From: an uncultured virus (IMG/VR IMGVR_UViG_3300002071_000003)
Taxonomy: Duplodnaviria; Heunggongvirae; Uroviricota; Caudoviricetes
DNA: 64,000 nt
Virus record (IMG/VR): IMGVR_UViG_3300002071_000003
Span: 1-64,000 of that record
Direction: 5' to 3' (one strand)
Below are positions 56,498 through 64,000 of the stretch, in pieces. Below the pieces are notes generated by a model. That model worked only from the letters and a program-made list of their open reading frames with translations, did not search any database and was not told the DNA's origin. Positions within the stretch are counted from its first letter, which is position 1. Every line of letters starts with the position of its first letter. Both the position numbers and the translations under genes were made by a program.

Positions 56498-59400
56498 TTA
56501 GTAATCTCTATCACTGAGTACTAATAACAGAGTTCTCTCTGATAATCTAAGTATAATTTCCTGTGGTTCTGTTTCTACTATCTTTATTACTATATCATCT
56601 AATCTTTCCTGTGGAACTATTAGATCACTTAATACTAATCCTAATGCCACGTCACTTATTATTAGTGTCTTTAGTATGTATTCAAATATTATGTAAACTT
56701 GGGCCTGTCCATATCCAGCAGACTTGCTGAATACTGCCTGAGCCTGTGCATAGCCTTCATAAGTTGCCTGAACCCAAACAGCAGATTGGCCGTATACCCA
56801 ATCGTAGGTTTGAACCAATGTTTGTGTAGATGCTGCCTGATTAATACCTGACAGTATAACGCTGGCTTCGGCCTGTCCGTATATATTAATAGTTGTCTTA
56901 ACTAATCCTTGGGCGTTAGCTTGTGTCTGATTAATATACAGTCCAAGGATTTGAGTCTGTGCTTGTGCATAACCGCTAGAAACTTGCTTAATTGCTACGC
57001 CACTGTTAGCATATCCCATACCAACAAGGTAAATCTTAGCCTGAGCCTGAGCAACAGCAGGGAACGTTGATCTTATGTGAACGCTGACCTGTGCATAAAC
57101 CTGGCTTATTTGTTTGATTTGTGCTATTGCCTGTGAATATGTCTTATATGTAGTTTTTACTTGCGCCTGTGCTTGTGCAGATGCTTGATAATTCTGCTCT
57201 ATGCTGGTTCGTGCATTAGCACATACTGTGTATGACTGTTTAATATCAGCCAATACCTGTGCTGGCTGAACACTTGATCCGCCGATCCACGCAGATGCTT
57301 GTGTAAATACTAAACTCTTAGCCTTTATATCAGTTTGTGACTGCGTAAATATCTGGCTAATAGCCTTAATTTTAGTCTGCGCCTGTGCATAAGCTGTGTA
57401 GGTAGTTTCTATATCTACCTTTGCTTGTGCAAATACATTATAGGTATGCTCTATATCAGTCTGAGATTGAGCATAAACTGTCTGACCCCAATCTTTAATA
57501 TCGGCCTGTGATTGACCATATCCCTTAACAGCAATGCCCTTAATCTTTGCTTGGATACTTGCTACAACTTGCTTTGTTGTTGTAACTCTTACCCTTGCCT
57601 GAGCAGAAACGTTTTTGCCCCAATCTAGGATACCTGCTTGGCTTTGTGCATAAGTAGTTTGTCCCCAATCCTTAACATCGGCTTGTACCTGAGCATATGT
57701 TGTAATACCAAGAGTCTTTACTCTTGCTTGTGCTTGCGCTAGTCCTAATGCAGAACCACCAATCCACACTGTAGCCTGTGCGTAATGTTGTATAATACTC
57801 TTTATGTATGCTTGTACCTGAGCGTATGCTTTAATTCCAGATACGATATACGCCTGCGTTTGGGCACTAACAACTATATTACTTACTTCAATATAGCCAG
57901 TAGCCTGTCCATAAGATTGATAACTATTTTGGACATTTACCATAGATTGCGCAAATGTATAATATGTTTGACTTATATCAGTTTGTGACTGAGCATATGC
58001 CTGATAAGTTTGTGTAATATCAGCATTAGATTGTGCATAAGACTGATACTGAGTCAAAATAGCTGCCTGTGCTTGACCGCTGCAAACTATATCATTTATG
58101 ACCACTAACGCAGTAGTTTGCCCTGTTTGAGCCGCTGTAACCTTTATATCTGCTTCTGCCTGTCCGTATACCTGTAGACCTGACAGTTGAATGTAGGCAT
58201 TTACTTGCGCCCCAACTAACGAGGATTGCTTGATACTTGTCTGTGCTTGGGACACGGAATAATAACTCTTTTTGATATCTGCCATTGCTTGCGCAACTGT
58301 TTGATATTTTTGATTTACCCATGCTTGTGCTTGAGCTACTACTTGGAAGGTTCTCTTAACATCAGTTTGTGCCTGCGCCCATTGAGGATAATTGAAGGCA
58401 TAAATCTTTACTTGCGCCTGAGCCGATACAGTGGTTCCACTAAAGCGGATATTTGTTATAGCCTGAGCAAATTGTGAAACATTAAATCCAACGATACGAG
58501 AGTTTGTCTGTGCCTGTACTAAGTATGTAGTCTTAACGTCCGCTTGTGCCTGACCAAGTGCTACCGTATTCGTAAACTTGATCCAAGTAGCTGCCTGTGC
58601 ATATACGCGACTTGTAACCTTGATATCGGTTTGGGATAGTCCAGACTGCATATAGTAGGACTTAATATCCGTTTGTGCGTTTGCAGATACCCTACTCTTT
58701 TGTAGGATAGTAGCTAACGCTTGACCGAAGACCTGTTCTGTTACTTTAATGTCAGTTTGAGCAATAGCAAATCCTTGCCCGATTTGCTTTATATCGGCCT
58801 GTGGTTGTGCATATTCCTGTCTACCGGATAAGATAATTTGTGCTTGTGCCTGAGAATTGGCAAATGAAACTGCCTTGATATCTGTTTGGCCCTGTGCAAA
58901 GGCAGTAGATTTAGCCTTAACGTCTACTTGGGTTTGAGCATAAACTGTTTGGCCCCAATTTTTAATGTCGGCCTGAGATTGTGCAAATCCGCCAACACCA
59001 GTACCCTTAATATTTGTAGCTGCCTGAGCATAAACTTGAACACCAAAAGCGTTTATATCAACTTGTGCTTGGGCATATCCAAGAGATGTGGCCTTTATAT
59101 TAACCTGTGTTTGTGCAGATACTAGTGAAGTCTGCTTAATATCAGTCTGAGTTTGAGCAAAGCCTTGACTAAATTGCTTGATATTGGCCTGTACTTGGGC
59201 ATAAGATAATCTACCAGAAAGAATGATTTGGGCATTAGCCTGACCATACCCTATGCCAACTTGCTTAATATCTGCCTGTGTTTGACCGTAAGTTGTTTGC
59301 CCCCAGTCTAGGATATTAGCATTAGATTGGGCATAAATAGTTGTAGTAGTTGCAGCACCCACTATCTGTACTTGTGCTTGGGCGCAAGAAACTAGCCCAA

Positions 59401-62155
59401 CAGTTTTAATCCAAGCAGTAGATTGGGCATAAGACTGTCTACTAGAAAGGATTATCTGTGATTGTACCTGAGCAAATCCTGTAGAAGTAACCTCAATATC
59501 TGTCTGAGTCTGAGCGTATACTGTATTATTGATAACCTTTATCCAAGAATTACCTTGCGCCCAAACCTGACTTGCTACCTTTACATCGGCTTGTGCATTT
59601 ACACTTGCTGTATAAGTTTGCGTGATATCTGTCTGAGTGTCTGCATATCCTTGGTAGGTCTGCTTTATATCTGTTTGCGCCTGAGCGTAAGCGCGTGAAG
59701 CAGCCTTGATATCCACTTGAGACTGTGCAAATACTTGACTGAACTGCTTTACGTCTACTTGGGCCTGTGCAAAGGAAGGTGTATAGCTCTTAATATCAGC
59801 ACAAGTTTGCCCCAACGTTGAGTAAGTAGCCTTAATCTTTGACTGTGTTTGGCCCCAAACTGTAATACTAGTTACCCTGATCCAAGAATTAGGCTGTGCA
59901 TACCCAGTAGAAGTTTGTTTAATATCAGTTTGTACCTGAGCAGATACCAAGGATACTTGCTTGATATCAGACTGTGCTTGAGCGTATGTAACAGCATACT
60001 GCTTTACATCAGTTTGCGTTTGGACAAACGCTTTCTGTACTGTTTTGATATCAGTCTGTGTCTGAGCTTCTGCTTCAATTAGTGTTATCTTTATCCATGC
60101 ATTAACTTGGGCAAATTGCTGTTTAGTAGATAACGCTGCTACAACCTGTGTCTGTGCCTGAGCATTTGCCCGATAGACTGTCTTAATATCAGTTTGGGCT
60201 TGTCCATAGACCTTAGATATAGCCTTAACATCTACATCTACTTGAGTTTGTGCAAAAGCGCCTTCGCAGTAGTCTGTCTGGAAGGCACCATTTTGGAAGG
60301 CATCACTTTGAAATGCACCAGAAATACAAAGTGGATATGTCTGTTTTATATCTGCCTGAGACTGCCCAAAGGTCTGAATGGATGTTCCTCTAATATTAAC
60401 CATAGACTGCGCATAAAACTGTACAGCAAAGGCATTGATCCTAGTTAATGTCTGTCCATAAGTTGTCTGCCCCGTATCCTTGATCCAAGCATTGGCTTGT
60501 GCAAATACTTGAATGCCCCAATCTTTTATGTCCGCTTGTGTCTGTGCATAAACTGTTTGTCCCCAGTCCTTAATATCTGACTGAGTTTGTCCATAAGTAT
60601 AACGTGTAGTCGCAGTAGCAATGGTAATCTGTGCCTGTACCTGAGCAAATGTTGGACTTTGTATTCCACCTATGGCCCCTGCCGTGTAGTGGGCGGCTAC
60701 TGCGGTCGATGATAGGGCCGTGTCGTAGATCGCAACCTCGTCTACGACCCCGTTCATCGGGTTTGCGCCAGCTACCTGAGCCGCGATTGTGACGGCCGTC
60801 TTGGACGGGAAGGTCCTCGCGACGCTGGTGCTATAGGTGCATTCCGCCCCGTCGAAATACATGTGCCGGGCGGCGCCATTCTTGGTGACAACGATGTGAT
60901 GGAAGAACGTCGTATCCATCCAGAAGCCCGCCACGGTATCGAGGCAGGACCCGGTGTATCCGAGGTCGAACACCAGACTGTTGTTGTACGAATAGATTTG
61001 CGCGCCGTGGTCATAGGACAGATAGACGTGGGTTCCACTGCTCGTGGAGTCACGCTTGACCCACATCTCCAGCGTGAACGTGTCCACGATCGCTGGCAGG
61101 GTCGCGACGGTTGCATACTGGGTTGATGCAGCCGCGAACCGGACCGCCGTATCCGAATCGCCAGTTAGGGCTCCGGCCACTCCGAGGGTCGGTGAGTTGA
61201 CATAGGTTCCGGTGGCCGTGGCGATGGCATCGGCCATGCTGGTCCCCGACAACTCACCTTGGCGCCAGTAGGCGATTGGTGAGTCTGCGAGGACCGTGGC
61301 AGAATAAGACGTACCGCCTCTTGGATATGTTTGTTTTATATCTGCTTGGGATTGGGCATAAGTCGTAATATTCCAATCTTTTATGTCTGATTGTGCTTGT
61401 GCTTCTACTTGTCTAGTAGTGGCCACTGCTACTACCGTTGCTTGTGCTTGTGCCCTTACTTCCATATTTTCTAACAGGGTTATCCAAGCAATAGCCCAGG
61501 TAGCAGATGTTCCTAAGGTAACGTTATAGGTTTGGGCGCCAGGTGCAGTAAGTATTTTTGCTTGTGAAGATATACTTTGCCCCGAGGTTGTTGTTCCATT
61601 TGTAGCAGTTTGTGCTGTAGTCCAAGAGCCGTTTGCAGTATCAGAATCATTAGTAAAGGTTTGAGCAGTGCCATACTGATCACCAACTGCACCAATTACT
61701 ATCTGAGCCTTATCAATAGAACTTGTTGTAATAGTTGGTGCAGTTGAGGAACCTGTTGCTGTAGCCCCTGTTTCATAAGCAACATTATTTCCTGCCGCGC
61801 TATCAACTTCTGTTAAGGCCCAAGCTGTAGACCCGACCGTCTTACCTCCGTAAGCTACAGTAATAGTATTTCCTGTAGTTAATGCCCCAACAGACATATT
61901 GGAAGTGAAAATACGCAGTACATTACCAGCACTAGCAGCACCCGGATCATTTAATGCATTCTGTCTAGGTGTCCAAGTATTACCTACAGAGTCGCTTATT
62001 GCTGAATAGGGATCAGCACCACTCGATCCTGCGTTGTCATAACTAATTTCTAGAACAGCCCATGACCCTGCTGTAAAGTTTGATGCCGGTGTTACAACTG
62101 CGGAAGTACCGCTACCTATCCCACCGCTACCCCTATTCGCTGTTGTTAATGCCAT
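56498..62155 (-). CDS. giant QAQ-repeat protein with a high-GC LamG insert, an AFQ motif and an L.LSD C-terminal tail
   Basis: Roughly 90 (eye estimate) 14-15-aa (Y/F)AQxQ(A/T)xI repeats; LamG motifs AYWR.GE, FTLEMWV, HHIVVT, VDEVAIY. Confidence 0.85.
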   Translation of the reverse strand: MALTTANRGSGGIGSGTSAVVTPASNFTAGSWAVLEISYDNAGSSGADPYSAISDSVGNTWTPRQNALNDPGAASAGNVLRIFTSNMSVGALTTGNTITVAYGGKTVGSTAWALTEVDSAAGNNVAYETGATATGSSTAPTITTSSIDKAQIVIGAVGDQYGTAQTFTNDSDTANGSWTTAQTATNGTTTSGQSISSQAKILTAPGAQTYNVTLGTSATWAIAWITLLENMEVRAQAQATVVAVATTRQVEAQAQSDIKDWNITTYAQSQADIKQTYPRGGTSYSATVLADSPIAYWRQGELSGTSMADAIATATGTYVNSPTLGVAGALTGDSDTAVRFAAASTQYATVATLPAIVDTFTLEMWVKRDSTSSGTHVYLSYDHGAQIYSYNNSLVFDLGYTGSCLDTVAGFWMDTTFFHHIVVTKNGAARHMYFDGAECTYSTSVARTFPSKTAVTIAAQVAGANPMNGVVDEVAIYDTALSSTAVAAHYTAGAIGGIQSPTFAQVQAQITIATATTRYTYGQTQSDIKDWGQTVYAQTQADIKDWGIQVFAQANAWIKDTGQTTYGQTLTRINAFAVQFYAQSMVNIRGTSIQTFGQSQADIKQTYPLCISGAFQSDAFQNGAFQTDYCEGAFAQTQVDVDVKAISKVYGQAQTDIKTVYRANAQAQTQVVAALSTKQQFAQVNAWIKITLIEAEAQTQTDIKTVQKAFVQTQTDVKQYAVTYAQAQSDIKQVSLVSAQVQTDIKQTSTGYAQPNSWIRVTSITVWGQTQSKIKATYSTLGQTCADIKSYTPSFAQAQVDVKQFSQVFAQSQVDIKAASRAYAQAQTDIKQTYQGYADTQTDITQTYTASVNAQADVKVASQVWAQGNSWIKVINNTVYAQTQTDIEVTSTGFAQVQSQIILSSRQSYAQSTAWIKTVGLVSCAQAQVQIVGAATTTTIYAQSNANILDWGQTTYGQTQADIKQVGIGYGQANAQIILSGRLSYAQVQANIKQFSQGFAQTQTDIKQTSLVSAQTQVNIKATSLGYAQAQVDINAFGVQVYAQAATNIKGTGVGGFAQSQADIKNWGQTVYAQTQVDVKAKSTAFAQGQTDIKAVSFANSQAQAQIILSGRQEYAQPQADIKQIGQGFAIAQTDIKVTEQVFGQALATILQKSRVSANAQTDIKSYYMQSGLSQTDIKVTSRVYAQAATWIKFTNTVALGQAQADVKTTYLVQAQTNSRIVGFNVSQFAQAITNIRFSGTTVSAQAQVKIYAFNYPQWAQAQTDVKRTFQVVAQAQAWVNQKYQTVAQAMADIKKSYYSVSQAQTSIKQSSLVGAQVNAYIQLSGLQVYGQAEADIKVTAAQTGQTTALVVINDIVCSGQAQAAILTQYQSYAQSNADITQTYQAYAQSQTDISQTYYTFAQSMVNVQNSYQSYGQATGYIEVSNIVVSAQTQAYIVSGIKAYAQVQAYIKSIIQHYAQATVWIGGSALGLAQAQARVKTLGITTYAQVQADVKDWGQTTYAQSQAGILDWGKNVSAQARVRVTTTKQVVASIQAKIKGIAVKGYGQSQADIKDWGQTVYAQSQTDIEHTYNVFAQAKVDIETTYTAYAQAQTKIKAISQIFTQSQTDIKAKSLVFTQASAWIGGSSVQPAQVLADIKQSYTVCANARTSIEQNYQASAQAQAQVKTTYKTYSQAIAQIKQISQVYAQVSVHIRSTFPAVAQAQAKIYLVGMGYANSGVAIKQVSSGYAQAQTQILGLYINQTQANAQGLVKTTINIYGQAEASVILSGINQAASTQTLVQTYDWVYGQSAVWVQATYEGYAQAQAVFSKSAGYGQAQVYIIFEYILKTLIISDVALGLVLSDLIVPQERLDDIVIKIVETEPQEIILRLSERTLLLVLSDRDY

Positions 62156-62187
62156 TGTCTCTCACCACACTTATTTGGCGTTAGAGA

Positions 62188-62229
62188 CAAAAAAATAACC
62201 GGAGCAAGAATGTTTGTTCTTGCTCCGGT
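62188..62229 (-). terminator. rho-independent terminator
   Basis: Minus strand ACCGGAGCAAGAAC...TTCTTGCTCCGGT-TATTTTTTT. Confidence 0.85.
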
Positions 62230-62293
62230 GTTTCTTATCAACTAGATCATCCCCTTGTATGGGTTAAAGCATTGAATTGCTCCTAATTTTTTT

Positions 62294-62767
62294 CTATCCG
62301 CTTATTCCCATTCTTCCATCAGAGAATAAGGAAATTAGCATTTTTACGTTACGCCCACCATATTCTTCGGGGGTTGTAGTTTGTAGGCCAATAATCTTAG
62401 CTGGAACCCCTGCCGTAACCCTAGTAAACCAAATAGGTCTAAACTGTAAAGGAATAAAAGTATTAACATAATCCCCCTTAGCATCAGCCTCAGAAGGCTC
62501 TATGTTCATTAATTCCCCCACTACGTTTGTTTCCTCGCACAAATAGAGCACCGTTCTTGGGTTCTGTATCTCTACAGTACCGTTCTGAATGTTCCAAGCA
62601 TCATAACCAATAATAACGACACCATTGAGCAAATCAACAGCGACTTTTTGATTAAAGTCCTCCTGAAGTATGAACTTCAGGTTTCCCTCTTCGCCTTGTT
62701 GTACGGGTCTTCCGTCCTGATCCTCGTGGAGTATCTGATCCTGCTTCGTTATCGCTGTCCATCCCAT
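62294..62767 (-). CDS. hypothetical protein
   Basis: 157-aa ORF with an SD-like purine run; RPIWF.R motif. Confidence 0.65.
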   Translation of the reverse strand: MGWTAITKQDQILHEDQDGRPVQQGEEGNLKFILQEDFNQKVAVDLLNGVVIIGYDAWNIQNGTVEIQNPRTVLYLCEETNVVGELMNIEPSEADAKGDYVNTFIPLQFRPIWFTRVTAGVPAKIIGLQTTTPEEYGGRNVKMLISLFSDGRMGISG

Positions 62768-64000
62768 CTACCTTTTCCTCCGGTTTCTTCTCTTCCCACT
62801 CTTGGGGAATTGGTCCCCATATTCTTTCTTCTGGCTTACCTATGAAGTTAAACTTAGGTGATTCCCTACCAGCGGCCACTAATTGGATATCCTTAACAAC
62901 TTCTTCTTCTGTCATAGGGCGTTCCTTAGGGTCGGGATATATTGCCATTGGCCACCAGTTAGGTGATTGAGGTCCAGATTCCATACCCTCAGGGGTTATG
63001 TTATCTATCTCTGGATGACTTACTTTCTTGGCGCGAAGTTGAATACTCCAAGCATCAGGGCTAGGATTTCCAAATACTTCTGCCCCTTCGCTTACCTCTA
63101 TATCTTCAAAACATCCTAAGCTTTCAACTAGCATTCGAAGAGATTTAGGAGTAAATCCTGCTGCGTGGAAGTTCTTAGCATAATCCTGCTCACCATATAG
63201 CACCCAGTAGTCTGTAGGATACATTTGGTCTATAGCCATCCTATATCCGACATGCCTTAGGTTGGGAACAATTAGTCTTAATTCCCCACCAACTTTTAGG
63301 ATTCTAACCCACTCTTTAAGAACTTTTTGAACGTCATTGAATCCAAAATGTTCAAGTGTGTGAGAACTATATACAATATCAAACGTTTGATTTGGTACTG
63401 GTAGATGACGAACATCGCAAACTACGGTTGGGTTTAATTCCTCTCTAATATCAAATGAAACTACATTTCCCTCATCCCGCATATACGGGGAGACTGGGCC
63501 AGCCCCAATATCAGCAATTAGCTTTTCCCCTGCTGGTAGGATTTCCCATCCAGCATGAGCCTGTGGAGCATTAGCAGGAATTCCAAACATGACCTTCGAA
63601 TTCTTTTCAAAGTGAAATGCCTGGACCGCTGTATCTGCCCAAACCTTATATCCAGCTTTCTTAGCCTTCCAATAAAAGTACAAGTCTTCTGTATTATTAA
63701 CAGGTGTTTCCTTTACCCCCGCAAAAGAAGCGTAGTCTACAGAGTACCAAGGTCCCCCCAGTTCTTTCTGTATCTTTCGATAAACATCTGTCTTGACTAA
63801 AGTTAGCCCACTACCAGCAGCATCTATCTCAATTAAATCCCCTACGTGCCAGTTATAATAAGGGCCATCAAAATGTCCTCTAAAAAGAAGAGGCATTGGA
63901 GGATTAGACTTAGACCAATATACCCCATTTATAATATCCTTGTGCTGATTGAACAGTCTTAAAAACGAATCAGGGGGCGCAATTACATCATCGTCTAACC
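62652..64000 (-). CDS. GT2-like glycosyltransferase fused to a SAM methyltransferase (5'-truncated by the window edge)
   Basis: The frame stays open to 64000 (LDDDVIAPPD DxD); GSGLTLVK..V and TEDLYF..K (GT); DIGAG, SHTLEH, EWVRILKVGG (MTase). Confidence 0.88.
   Translation of the reverse strand, partial: LDDDVIAPPDSFLRLFNQHKDIINGVYWSKSNPPMPLLFRGHFDGPYYNWHVGDLIEIDAAGSGLTLVKTDVYRKIQKELGGPWYSVDYASFAGVKETPVNNTEDLYFYWKAKKAGYKVWADTAVQAFHFEKNSKVMFGIPANAPQAHAGWEILPAGEKLIADIGAGPVSPYMRDEGNVVSFDIREELNPTVVCDVRHLPVPNQTFDIVYSSHTLEHFGFNDVQKVLKEWVRILKVGGELRLIVPNLRHVGYRMAIDQMYPTDYWVLYGEQDYAKNFHAAGFTPKSLRMLVESLGCFEDIEVSEGAEVFGNPSPDAWSIQLRAKKVSHPEIDNITPEGMESGPQSPNWWPMAIYPDPKERPMTEEEVVKDIQLVAAGRESPKFNFIGKPEERIWGPIPQEWEEKKPEEKVDGMDSDNEAGSDTPRGSGRKTRTTRRRGKPEVHTSGGL

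Noticed and set aside
60772..61126. Alternative ORFs inside the LamG cassette
   Set aside because: GC-rich shadow frames
56498..62155. CRISPR array or DNA tandem repeat
   Set aside because: The periodicity is at protein level with diverged codons; no identical repeats with unique spacers

Overview
A 64-kb segment of a large tailed (siphovirus-like) bacteriophage genome with about 40% G+C by eye, the standard genetic code and strong GGAGG Shine-Dalgarno sites. Almost all genes are on the minus strand. In transcription order (right to left): (1) a GT2-methyltransferase fusion that runs off the window; (2) a 1885-aa Gln/Ala-repeat (QAQ) giant protein, an Ig-like partner and a beta-helix spike; (3) an array of 19 CCA-encoding tRNA genes plus one atypical Ala-identity tmRNA-like mini-RNA, interleaved with small ORFs, an HNH nuclease, a methyltransferase, a pyruvyltransferase and a glycosyltransferase; (4) terminase, portal, protease/scaffold, decoration and major capsid genes; (5) neck genes with two more glycosyltransferases; (6) tail tube, -1-frameshifted tail chaperones, tape measure, Dit, a second 1929-aa QAQ giant ending in a duplicated Dit domain, a Tal-like hub and tail-tip paralogues; (7) a GT4, a C39-peptidase lysin candidate and a holin; (8) a sigma70-type promoter driving an SSB/DnaB/nuclease/nucleotide-metabolism module with two free-standing LAGLIDADG endonucleases, ending at a bidirectional terminator near 790. 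The most notable signals are a modular virion-display system (QAQ scaffolds with a conserved cassette-insertion site, short peptide motifs, and partner genes whose C-terminal domains are foreign high-GC cassettes), a large glycan-building toolkit embedded in structural modules, and an 84-nt tmRNA-like RNA that has no mRNA-like domain. All functional calls come from motifs and synteny read by eye; no database search was run.
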